DNA of 64,000 nucleotides, from assembly GCA_025558095.1 (NCBI GenBank), contig JAIVFI010000011.1, positions 1 through 64,000 on the forward strand. The letters are read 5' to 3'. Positions 45,673 through 56,339 of the stretch are shown here, piece after piece. Below the pieces are notes generated by a model. The model was not told the DNA's origin, did not search any database, and saw only the letters and a list, made by a program, of their open reading frames with translations. Source of the DNA: Hyaloraphidium curvatum SAG 235-1. Its lineage: Eukaryota > Fungi > Monoblepharomycota. Position 1 is the first letter of the stretch, and every line of letters begins with the position of its first letter. Position numbers and translations under genes: made by a program.

Positions 45673-46752
45673 ATGGGCCCGGTCCGCAGCGTCCGAACCG
45701 CCGTGCTGCTCCTTATTGTGCTCACCGTCCTCGTCGCAGCTCCGTTCGGGCTCAAGCGGGCGCCAGCATCCTCGACGCCCGCGGCGGAAGAACCCCCCGG
45801 CCGCGGCATCGCGTTCCTGCTGCAGCTGACCAACGAGACGCTGCCCGGCGCCGAACGCCTGCTCCGCGCGCTGTGGCACCCCGACAACGCGTTCGCCGTG
45901 CACGTCGACGCCAAGTGGGCCGCGACGCCCGAGGCGCAGGCGCTTCGCGAGCTCGTTCGCCGGCCGCCCTATGCCGACAGCGTGATCGTGATGCGACCCC
46001 GGCGGCTGACTTACGCGGGAATCTCGCTATCGCTGAACGTGCTGGACGCGATCGACGCGCTGCTCGCGATGCCCGGGCGGCGGTGGTCGCACTTTATTCC
46101 TCTGTCGGGGGCGGACTACCCGCTGCTCCCCCCCGCCGAGATGCAGGACGTGCTCGCGGCCGCCGCCAAGCGCGCAGAACGCGATCTCAGCTTCGTCGAG
46201 GCGTGGCGGGGCAACGGCACCCAGCGGTGGCGCCGGCCCGCGCTCGACCCCGCGCTGTGGAACGCCGAGGGGCCGCTGGCGGTCATAGACTATCCGTGGA
46301 CCTGGGTGAGGCCCAGCCGCCCCGTGCCGCACGGCCCGGCGTGGGTGGTGCTCTCGCGGCGGGCGTGCGAGGCCGCGCTGCAGGGGCCCGGGATGCGGAG
46401 GGTGCTGGCGACACTCGGAGGGGTTGAGGCGCCGGACGAGAGCCTTTGGCAGATGTTCTTCCTCTGGACCGAGGAGGGGAGGCGGATGCAGGGGACCTTG
46501 GCGGGGGATTGCCTGCGCTACGACGAGCCCACGGACGGCGAGTCGCACGTCAAGTGGCTCCGGACAGAGGGGCAGCTCGAGGCGGCGCTGGCGTCGGGCG
46601 CACTTTTTGCCCGCAAACTTGAACCGGGGAGCGCGCTGATTGACATGATCGACGGGATGTCGGAGGAGAGGAGGAGCAAGGTGCGGAGGGCGGTCGACGG
46701 GCGCGTAGGGAGGGCGGTGGATTGGTTGCCGGGGGCGAGAGCAGGCAAATAG
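45673..46752 (+). CDS. GT14 (core-2/I-branching-like) glycosyltransferase, intronless
   Basis: N-terminal TM; IAFLL..LLRALWHPDN.FAVHVDAK, WSHFIPLSGADYPL, GPAWVVLSR, PDES, LFARK. Confidence 0.9.
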   Translation: MGPVRSVRTAVLLLIVLTVLVAAPFGLKRAPASSTPAAEEPPGRGIAFLLQLTNETLPGAERLLRALWHPDNAFAVHVDAKWAATPEAQALRELVRRPPYADSVIVMRPRRLTYAGISLSLNVLDAIDALLAMPGRRWSHFIPLSGADYPLLPPAEMQDVLAAAAKRAERDLSFVEAWRGNGTQRWRRPALDPALWNAEGPLAVIDYPWTWVRPSRPVPHGPAWVVLSRRACEAALQGPGMRRVLATLGGVEAPDESLWQMFFLWTEEGRRMQGTLAGDCLRYDEPTDGESHVKWLRTEGQLEAALASGALFARKLEPGSALIDMIDGMSEERRSKVRRAVDGRVGRAVDWLPGARAGK

Positions 46753-47102
46753 CCCGGCAGGATCAACATCCAATGCCGGCGTTTGCGATTGGGGTGAGGC
46801 TCTACGATCCGGTAGCGCGACCCTGGGCGCTGCTACCACAAGTTTAGCTCAGTTGGGGCGCAGCCGGCGCAGTCTCAGGTCGCTCGGCCGCCCTGAGGCG
46901 AACGTTCCTGCGACCTTCATCTTTGTGCTAGCGAATCCTCACGAAATCTTGTCGGGATTGTGTAGTTTTCGCTTTGGGGAGTGCTGTGTTAATTTCCCCT
47001 TCGGCCGTTCGGGGAATTCTTACTTTAGAGGCGGAACGAGCCGCTGCTATCGCACAGGAAAAGTGAGGGATCCCCCACCGCACCGACGTCTCTTCCTGCG
47101 AC

Positions 47103-48178
47103 ACGGGCGCCGTCCGCGCCCGCCGAAAACTGCTGCTGTTGCTTCTCGTACCGCTCTTTCTCCTCGCCGTTGCCCCGCTCGGGCCGCAGCGGACCCCCGC
47201 ATCCCCGATGGCCGCCGGCGGCCGCGGCATCGCCTTCCTGCTGCAGCTGACCAACGAGACGCTGCCCGGCGCGGAGCGCCTCCTCCGCGCGCTGTGGCAC
47301 CCCGACAACGTGTTCCTCGTGCACATCGACGCCAAGTGGGCAGCGGACCCCGCCGCCGACTCCATGCGGGAGCACGTGGCGCGGGCACCCTATAGGGACA
47401 ACGTGATCATGATGCGCCCGCAGAGGCTAACCTACGCGGGCATCACGCTCGCGCTCAACACACTGGACGGGATAGCGGAGCTCCTGCCGCTGCCGGGGCG
47501 GCGGTGGTCGCACTTTACTCCCGTGTCGGGGGCGGACTACCCCCTCCTCCGGCCGGCGGAGGTGCAGGACGTCCTTGCCGCCGCATCGGAACGTGCCGGC
47601 GGCGAGCTCAGCTTCGTAGAAGCCTGGGTCGGCGACGGCGAGAAGCGGTGGCGCCGCCCCGCCCTCGATCCCGCCTTGTGGAACGCCGCCGAGCGAAAGC
47701 TGGCCCGCCTGGAAGCCAAGTGGCACTGGATCCACCGCAGCAAGAGCTGCCATACGGCCCGGCATGGGTGGTGCTCTCCCGGCGCGTGTGCGAGGCCGCG
47801 CTCAGCGGACCGGGGATGAGGAGGGTGCTGGCGATGCTCGGGGGCGCCGAGGCGCCCGACGAGAGCGTGTGGCAGGTGTGGTTTAATTGGACTGAGGAGG
47901 GGAGGGGCTTTACAGAGACCCTGGCTGGGGACTCTTTGCGGTTCGACGACCCCACGCCGGGCGAGTCGCACGTCAAGTGGTTGACGACGGAGAAGCAGCT
48001 CGGAAAGGCGCTGGCGTCGGGGGTGCTGTTCGCGCGCAAGTTCGGGCCGGAGAGCGGGCGGAAGCTGCTGGATGCGATCGACGAGATGTCGGAGGAGAGG
48101 AGGGCGAAGGTGCGGAAGAAGGTGGAGGAGCGAGTGGGGAAGGCGGTGGATTCGCTGCTTGTGGCGCGGCGTAAGTAG
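47103..48178 (+). pseudogene. Tandem GT14 paralog with ACG in place of ATG and a 1-nt frameshift
   Basis: Colinear with 45673-46752; ACG GGC GCC GTC CGC aligns to ATG GGC CCG GTC CGC; in-frame TGA upstream at 47064; frame break at ~47735. Confidence 0.75.
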
Positions 48179-48368
48179 CGGCGGATGTTAGGCATCCAAA
48201 GACTGAATTCGTCCATCCTTTTCCCGCCAATTTGTTCGGTGGGCCGACCGGCGGAACGCTTTTGACGCCAATTCCGCGGCCGCGGCGGCAGATCCACCAC
48301 CCGACGCCCATCTCCCCGTTCATTTCCTACCCTCGCCTCGCACCCTCCGGCCCACTCCCCCGCCCACA

Positions 48369-49993
48369 ATGTCCATCTTCTCCCCCGCCAAGCCCCCGCC
48401 GACGCCCCTGGGCCGGCACCGCCCCCTCGGCCCGCTCGCGGGCGTGCAGGTTTCGCCGATTTGCCTTGGGGCGATGAGCATCGGCGACGCGTGGGAGGGC
48501 ATCGGGTTCGGTGCGATGAACAAGGAGAGCAGCTTCAAGCTGCTGGACGCGTTCTACGAGGCGGGAGGAAACTTCATCGTGGGGTGCCTCCCGCGTCGGC
48601 CGGGCGGGCGGCCGCCTCACCGCACGTCGGTTCCGGTTCCGGCGCTCTGCGGCGTGTAGGACACGTCCAACAACTATCAGGAGGAGACTTCCGAAGAGTT
48701 CATCGGGGAATGGATGGAGGTGACCTCATGGCTGCTTCAGACGGCCTTTGCGGGGCTTACATGGCGTCTTCCTCACGCAGACCCGCGGCATCCGCGACCA
48801 GATCGTTGTGGCCACCAAGTACACGTGAGTATTTGAAAAGGGGACGATCCAGTGATGAACGGGGTCTCAAACGCCAACGTTTCTTTCGCGCTCTTCCTTT
48901 CCTCTCCCTTGTTTCCCGAAACCGCGATTAGCACCAACTACAAGATGGGCAAGGACCTCAAGCAGAAGACCCAGTACACAGGCAACAACGTCAAGTCGAT
49001 GCACGTCTCGGTCGAGGCGTCGCTCAAGAAGCTGCGCACGGACTACATAGATATTCTTTACGTGGGCAAATAATCTCGTCTGGCACTCTTTTCCAAAGCT
49101 GATCCGAATTTCGACGCCAGGTCCACTGGTGGGACTGGAAGACCTCGGTCGAGGAGGTCATGAACGGCCTGCACAACCTCGTGGCGCAGGGCAAGGTGCT
49201 GTACCTCGGCATCTCGGATTCCCCGGCATGGATCGTGTCCAAGGCCAACATGTACGCGCGGTGCCACGGCAAGACCCCGTTCGTCGTGTACCAGGGCGCC
49301 TGGTCGATCCTGCAGCGGGATTTCGAGCGCGAGATCATCCCAATGGCCCGCGTTGAGGGTGGGTGCATCGGTCGGGGAGGCAAGCTGGTCGGACTTACGG
49401 CCGCCGGATCCACTAGGCCTCGCTCTCGCGCCCTGGAACGTCTTGGCGGCCGGCAAGATCCGCACGGACGAGGAGGAGGAGCGCCGCCGCCAGACCGGCG
49501 AGAAGGGCCGGGTTTCGTTTGCACCGAGCTGGGAGCGCACGCCTGAGCAGCGCAAGGTGTGCCTCGCGCTGGAGGAGGTGGCCAAGGAGGTCGGGACCAA
49601 GAGCATCACCGCCGGTGCGCTCTCGCTATCCAACGTGCGATGCCTTCCCGCTCACGTACCTCCCTGCGCGCAGTCGCCATCGCCTACGTGATGCAAAAGA
49701 CGCCCTACGTGTTCCCCATCGTCGGCGGGCGCAAGGTCGAGCACCTGATGGACAACATCGAGGCCCTCACCCTGTCGCTGTCCAAGGAGCAGATCGCCAA
49801 GCTCGAGGCCGTACTGCCCTTCGAGCCCGGGTTCCCGTCCAACTTCATCGTGGGTTGCTCGCGGTGCCTGATGGGGTCACATTTCTGACGCACGGCGCAG
49901 GGGGACGGCACGGGCGCCAACTGGCTGATGCAGACGGCCGGCCAGTTCGACAACTGGCCCGTGCAGGAGCCCATCAGGCCCAAGAAGGCCTGA
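48369..49993 (+). CDS. Aldo-keto reductase, aryl-alcohol dehydrogenase (AAD/NorA-like), many introns
   Basis: [77 protein letters not shown]. Confidence 0.95.
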
Positions 49994-50067
49994 GCACGGG
50001 ATGCGATAGATCTCGGGCCCTTTTTGGTAGAATAGACCTCTCTTCTGCCGTGCCACGCGATCGGCAT

Positions 50068-51378
50068 CTACCGGCCGCCAAGCAACGGCCTCCTTTCCCC
50101 GTCCTCCTCTCCGGCCGCGCGCTTCCCCGCGCACAGGTCGCCCCACCATTCCCGCCACGTCCTCGGAGGCGGTTTGACGTACACCCGGTCCAGCCTCAGG
50201 CGGTGCCCGCCGTCGATGCAGATGGCAAGGCAAAGCAGGGTTGAGACGACGGCGGCGAGGGCGGTGGCGGCCGAGATCATGAAAAGGCTGCGGGCGGGGG
50301 AGACCGTCAGCATGTCATTCGAGAGACGAAACATGAGGGCGCACATGATCTGCTGATATCGCACGGCGGTGTCAATCGGGGCGCCGCCGAGGATCTGGCC
50401 CGTCATCATCCTGGAGAAGCAAACGACCGAATCAGACACGCGCGACACATTCCCAAGCTCGACGCACCCAGGAATAGATATCAGCCCCGTCACGCTGCGA
50501 TCCGCGGCATTAGCTCCTCTCGCACAGGCATTCTTTGGGCCGCGTGGCTCACCTCATCGAATTGAGAGTGGGTAGCAGCGCCACCCTTGCCGCCTCCGCC
50601 GCCACCTCCCTGACAACCTCCCACCTGCTGGCCCCGAACGCCAGCCGCATCTCGATCGCCTCCTTTCCCGTCGTCAGCTGCTTGAGCGCCGACCCCAGCG
50701 CGACCGCGACGGCGCTCATCGAATTGCCCAGCAGCATGCCGAGCATCGGGATGTACCGCCGCGCGGCGTAGAACGGCACGGCGGAGAGGGCGAAGCGGAT
50801 CCCGAGGAAGGAGACAAGGGCGTTGGCGGCGACGATAGAGAGGAGGACGACGGGGAAGATGTTGAGAAACGTCGTGCGGGACTTGTTGAAGACGACCTCG
50901 ATTGCGGAGATCAGCATGAGCAGGGCTGGAAGGGCGTCAGCTGGGCGGAGTCTTGCTTCGTGGCGAGCAGGTGTTACCTGCCAGACCAAAGACAAAGAGG
51001 ATGTCGGTGTCGTGCTCTAGGACCGGCTGGAGGACTTTGCCCAGAATTGTCAGCTGAATCACGCATCTGCAATAGGTCCGTGTAAATCCTGGATTCCAAT
51101 GCGCTTCACGGCCGACAGACTCCACCTTGCTGCGCTGATGAGGTACTCGGTCTCCAGCCCGAGCCCGAAGTAAAGAGATATGAGGCCTGCCGTAGCGATG
51201 AACCTCAATGAGCCCCGAGACGCGTTAAATATAATCCCAGCGCCCCACCGTTGACGAGAATGAACAGCGCCGCGAAGCCGACGTTCTTCCAGCCCAGGTT
51301 CTCGTCCACCGGGTCCCGGCCGGGGCAGGTCGCGTTTCCCGCGTGCGGGCCGAATGGGAAATTGCCAAAGCTGTCCAT
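50068..51378 (-). CDS. UPF0014 ABC permease (YbbM/FetB/STAR2-ALS3-like), multi-exon
   Basis: RCVIQLTILG, YIPMLGMLLGNSM, IEMRLAFGASRWE, ALLPTLNSM..GLISIPGMMTGQILGG..AVRYQ. Confidence 0.92.
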
Positions 51379-52229
51379 GGACGCTCGAATGCGGCAATCG
51401 GAGGCAAAGAATCACGTTCCCATTGGCCACAATACGCGCGGGTAAGGTACCACTACAACACGCGTTCGAGACTACCCCTCCCCCTCTCGCCCCGAACACC
51501 CGCGAAGGAACAGCCCGGCAAACGGGCTCCAAGGCCTTTCGGCCACCTTACAAAACCTCCGAAACTACCATCATCGACCCGGACGGCAAACCCGCCGGGT
51601 CGCCTCCCATCGGCCTGTGCGTAGGTCGGTACGCGTTGACCGTGGAAGGACGCGGTCCTCCTTCAAAAAACCATCAGAAGCGAAAAGAAGGCGCGCAACC
51701 CGAACGCACATTTCGTTGGTTGTGATTGAGGGGTGGGTGTGAGAGGTGCGTGTAGCAATTGCAGGAGTTCGAGACCGAGATAGCGGGGCGGTGCAGACGG
51801 AGCGCGCGTTGCGGGGTACGAGGCCGACAGATGAAGCCGAAAGCAAAGATGATTAAGATCCTGTCGCGCAAAAGCCAGACCGGAGTGAGCGTCGACGCCG
51901 GCGAGCCGGACTGCGCCACCGACCCTCCTCGAAAGAGCGGTAGGGTGCCGTATCTTGGAGCGGCTCCCGCGTCACGACCGGCAATGCGCTGCGCGTTCGG
52001 TGTCAGAGCGGTGACGAGCAGGGCAGGGCGACGTCAGGGAGGAGAACGGGAAGACGTCAGGGAGGAGCTTCCTTCGCACAGCGCGGCCGCCCTCACCGGG
52101 ACAGCGCCCTCACCGAGAGCGCGCTACAGAGGGTCCTTCTTGCGCTTCTTCCTCGCCCGCATCGCTCGCGAGGAGACGATGTGCCGAGGGTGTGATGGTG
52201 CTGCGCGATTCTGAGGTTCACCCGCGCTC

Positions 52230-52236
52230 TTTTATA
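52230..52236 (-). promoter_or_regulatory. TATA box for a minus-strand transcript
   Basis: TATAAAA, followed downstream by a short ORF and a GT...CTGAC...CAG intron. Confidence 0.5.
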
Positions 52237-52362
52237 GCGCGGCCGCTGGACCGCCACGTGGCCCCCTGGACAAGAAGCCCCCGGACAAAGCGCGGACACT
52301 CGCTTAGGTTTACATCCACGACCCCTTTTCTGCTTTTGCGGCGACATGGACCGCATCAGCGC

Positions 52363-52528
52363 GGCCGTAGACCAATGTACCACGCAGTGCACCGTTGTAA
52401 TCGACCGTGGACCACTTTGTCGGCCCGTGGACCGGTTTGACGGCCTTAGACCACTTCCTCACGCCGTTCCAGGCCAATGGCCGTAGACCACTATGACGGT
52501 CGAAGACCGACTGCATTTACGTAGACCA
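52363..52528. promoter_or_regulatory. Cluster of repeated CGTRGACC(A) motifs in the divergent promoter
   Basis: GGCCGTAGACCA at 52363 and 52479, GGCCTTAGACCA at 52442, CCGTGGACC at ~52405 and ~52425, CGTAGACCA at 52520. Confidence 0.6.
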
Positions 52529-52620
52529 AAGCTTCCCTTTCGGTGTGTTTCTCTAATCATCCGATTAGTCAGTAAAAGTAGGCGGCGTGCTCGCTTCTGA
52601 GAGGTCAATCGCGGCGCGCT

Positions 52621-52636
52621 ACACACACACACACAC
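52621..52636. repeat. (AC)8 microsatellite
   Basis: Read directly from the sequence. Confidence 0.9.
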
Positions 52637-52746
52637 GCGGCGCGCTGCCACAAGCGGCGCGCTCGGAACAGCCTCCCACGGGTTCCTGCCTTTTGATACG
52701 CGCGTATTTCCTTCCGGAACACGTATCCGAATCTCATCTGCCCGCG

Positions 52747-53388
52747 ATGGCGGCGCTGACCGTGAGTGGCCTCACGCTGTCCCTCCCCGGCGGCACCGCC
52801 CTCTTCTCGGACCTCACCTTCTCCGTCCCGCGCGGCCGCGCTGTGGTCGTCCGCGGCCCGAGCGGGAGCGGCAAGACGACGCTGCTGAAATGCATCGCCC
52901 AATTGATACCTTATGATTCCGGCCGCGTGGAGCTGGAAGGCAAGACCCCGGCACAACTGGGCGTGCCGTGCTGGCGCGCCCGAGTGCTCTACGTACCGCA
53001 GCGGGCGCCCGCGGTGCCGGGGACGCCGAGGGAGTTTGCGGCCGTGGTGGCGCGGTACGGATCGCAGCGGCGCAAGGGGGAGATGGGGGACTTTGAGGCG
53101 CTTGGGGACGCGTGGGGCCTTTCCCCGGGGACGTGGGACCAGAACTGGGGATCGTTGTCAGGGGGCGAGATCCAGCGCGCGGTGCTGGCAATTGCGCTGG
53201 CAACGGACCCCGAGGTGTTGCTCCTGGACGAGCCGACCTCGGCGCTGGACGCCGAGACAACGGCCAAGGTGGAGGAGTCGCTCAAGGGCAGGACGATGGT
53301 GTTGATCACGCACAGCGACGAGCAGGAGGCCCGGCTGGATGCCGCAGAAAGGGTGTGGATCGGAGGGAGGGGCGCGGATGCCGCGTAG
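52747..53388 (+). CDS. Stand-alone ABC ATP-binding subunit (YbbL/FetA/STAR1-like), intronless
   Basis: GPSGSGKT, WRARVLYVPQ, LSGGE, LLLDEPTSALD, ITHSDEQ; single NBD with no TM. Confidence 0.93.
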   Translation: MAALTVSGLTLSLPGGTALFSDLTFSVPRGRAVVVRGPSGSGKTTLLKCIAQLIPYDSGRVELEGKTPAQLGVPCWRARVLYVPQRAPAVPGTPREFAAVVARYGSQRRKGEMGDFEALGDAWGLSPGTWDQNWGSLSGGEIQRAVLAIALATDPEVLLLDEPTSALDAETTAKVEESLKGRTMVLITHSDEQEARLDAAERVWIGGRGADAA

Positions 53389-53528
53389 CTTGCCCGAGGA
53401 CTCACGACGGGGCGGCCAGCACGATCTCCTCCGCGCAACACAGATCCCTGCCACAAACCGAACGGCGATCTCGCATCCTCAACCGTCCCGCACGGTTGTG
53501 TCCGAGATGTTGGCAGTACGCTCGCACA

Positions 53529-56339
53529 CTAGTCGAACCCGCCCGGCGAGCTGCCCATCGGCGATGCGCCGAAACCGGGGGACGGCACCTCGCCGATGCC
53601 GATCCCCACGCCGGCACCCTTCTTGCTGCTGGGGCCGCCCGGCGGCGGCCATACCAGCCCCATCTCCTGTAGGTACTCCCACACTTTGCTGCTCTTGTTC
53701 ACGTCGATCTTGACCATCTGCCTCGCCGCCCTCCGTCCCAGGCCGCCGCGCTTGCGGCACTCGTCGACAAAGAGGTGCTTGATCCCCAGGAACTGGTCCG
53801 GGGTGATGCGCAGCGACGAGGCCAGCTCGCGCTCGCGCTCCGTGAGGAGCTCGTACTTCGGGTACTGCGAAATGTCGAGCGGGGTCGGCGGCGCGCGCGG
53901 GGGGGCGGGCACGCGCGGCAGGGCGGGGGAGCGGGGGGGTTTTGCTGCGGGGGCGGGCTTGCGCGGGAGGGCGATCTTGATGCGCATCTCGGCGGGGCCG
54001 GCGTTGGGGATGGGGACGGCGTACTTCTCGAGGGATTCGAACTGGACCTGGTGAGAGACGGCGAGGTGGTGCACGAAGCCTTGGAGGTTGGCGAAGTTGG
54101 ACCTGCCGCACGAGGGGCACACGATCCTGTGGGCGCCGAAAGGCAGGATGCGGTCAGCTGCTTCCATAGCCAACCATTCTTGACGCCGCATGCCCACCTG
54201 ACCAGCGTCCCATCCGCCCTCCTCAACTTCAGATCCGGTTCCACTTCCGGCCCCGCCCCCTCCCCCGACGGCGGCGTCCCCTCCCCGTCCGTCGTCGGCG
54301 GCGCCGCAGCCGCCGGCTGCCTCGCCGACTCGGGAACCCTGATCTTGAGCCTGTTGGGCTTGCGCGCGTCCTCCGGCGGCACGCCGAACCGCTCCACGGC
54401 GTCGTTGACGTTGGAGACGATGCCGTGTGTGCCGATGTGCTTGAGGAAGCCCTGCATGGTGGACATGTCGTCGCGGCCGCAGGTCGGGCAGATCATCCTG
54501 GTCCCGCAAAGTTAGCTCGTTGCGGCCGGCGGAGAACAGGGGTGTACCCACAGGACCGCAACCCCGTCCCTCCGCATCCGCCGCAGCGTGCCGCCCCTGG
54601 CCTTGAGCGCCTTGTTGGCCTCCCTGATGGCCGGCGGGGGCTTGCTCCTCTTGACCTGCTGCTGCGGCCCGGGGGTCCCCGCGCGTTCGTCGTTGGCCGG
54701 ATCTTCCGCGAACTCGGCCGCGCGCGCGCGCAGGTCGGCAGCCTCGGCGGGGTCGAGCCGCGCGCCTAGGTCGACGACGGCCTCGGCGTGACTGGGGTAG
54801 TACCGGTTGTGGGAGATGCGGACGTGGTTGACGTAGCCTTGGAGGTTGTTGAACTGGGTCTTGCCGCAGTCGTGGCAGTGCAGGCTGGGAAACGGGAGGG
54901 AGTCGCGATGTCAGCCGAAAGCGGTAAGCAGGCGCGGGCCCCAATGCCCGCCCGGACGACCACCCACCGGTACATTGTCCCGTTGGCCATCTCGACCACC
55001 AGCGTATCGTCGTCCGCGCTGACCCTGACCCGTTTCGGCGGCGCGTCGCCCCCCATCCTCCTCCTCGCCGGCATCCCCGGCGGCTTCCACGCCCTCCTCC
55101 CCGACTCGCTCCCCGCGGTGCTGGCAGCCTGCACGGGCCTGAACCGCGGCGGCAGCTCCCCGTAGTGCTCCGTCGCCCGGCCCGCCTCGTCCACGGAGCG
55201 GAAAAACGGCACGGCGGGGTACAGCCCGCCCTCGTCGTCGCTGCTCTCCTCCTGCGCGCGCCGCCCGCGCCGCTTGGAGCGGCGCATCCAGACGTAGGAG
55301 AAGCGGAGGAGAAAGTTCCAGAAGGCGGTCCACTGCCCCGGTTCCCAGGCCGCGGCGCCGGCGAGCGCCGCGGCCTCCTTCTCGCGGAGCCCGCCGCGGC
55401 GCTTGCACTCGTCCTCCAGGGTGACCGAGGCCGAGACGAAGGTAGAAGGGGTAATGCGGTTCTGGAGGCAGAAGGTGAGCTCGCGGGCCGAGAGAAGGGG
55501 GGCGAGTGGGTCCGGCTCCGCGGCGGCGGGGGGTGTCGGGGGCGAAGGGGTGTCGGGGCGGGCGTCGGGGAGCTCTATGTCCCCTTCTGGCGTGGGAAAC
55601 TGAACAGGCGGGGGAGGGAGCGTCAGTTGCGGGTAGAATTGAGAAAGACGGCTCGACCCACAACGGCGATGGTGCCCCGTGCCACATCGGGCAGGCCCGC
55701 GACAAAGTATCCCCTGTGCTGGCCCTCCTTGATCCTGCCGAGCAGCGGCTCCACGCCGAGTTGCTTCGCGCGCTGGAACACTGAGTGCATGGCGCCAAAG
55801 GTGGCCGAAGCGGGGTCCGCGTCAAACAGCCTGCCCAGATCCTCTCCCGAGCCGACCTCGGCGATGTGGTTGCGGATGGTGTGGGCGATATCCGATGGGC
55901 CCATGGGCACGTTGCCGTTGCGCACCAGGGCGGCCACAATGTGGCGCAGGAGCGGGGTAGAGCCCTCGGGGAGTGCAATGCGGAGGCGGGGCGGCTCGGG
56001 CGGGCCGGGCGCGGGCAAACCAACGCCGGCTGCGCTCTGGGCGGCCTGCAGCGTCCCGGCAAAAGGATTTCCGGGCAGCCCGGGCACGGGGAAGCCGGCG
56101 AGCTTGTCCGCCCCCGCCAGCTGGCCCGGGTGCCCGACCGGCGCCGGTGTTCCCCCAGCCGCCGCGCCGCCCTTCCCGGCCAGCGCCGCCCTCAGCGCGT
56201 CCAGCTCCGCCCGCAGCCGCGCGTTCTCGTCCTGCAGCTGCTCCGCCTGGTCGCGCCAGAGCGGCCCGCCGCCAAAGTCGCTCTCGGTCGGCAGCGAGCT
56301 CGCCGGCGATGGCGGGCCCCACGCCGCCGCGCCGGCCAT
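53529..56339 (-). CDS. Chromatin protein: winged-helix-like region, 2 SWIRM-like domains and 3 Ahc1-like C2H2 fingers (multi-exon)
   Basis: CHDCGKTQFNNLQGYVNHVRISH, CPTCGRDDMSTMQGFLKH, CPSCGRSNFANLQGFVHHLAVSH; LLTERERELASSLRITPDQFLGIK...KIDVNKSSKVWEYL. Confidence 0.8.

Noticed and set aside
52363-52528. Repeat-spacer pattern as a CRISPR-like array
   Set aside because: Repeats are only 8-12 bp with irregular spacing, in a eukaryotic context with no cas genes
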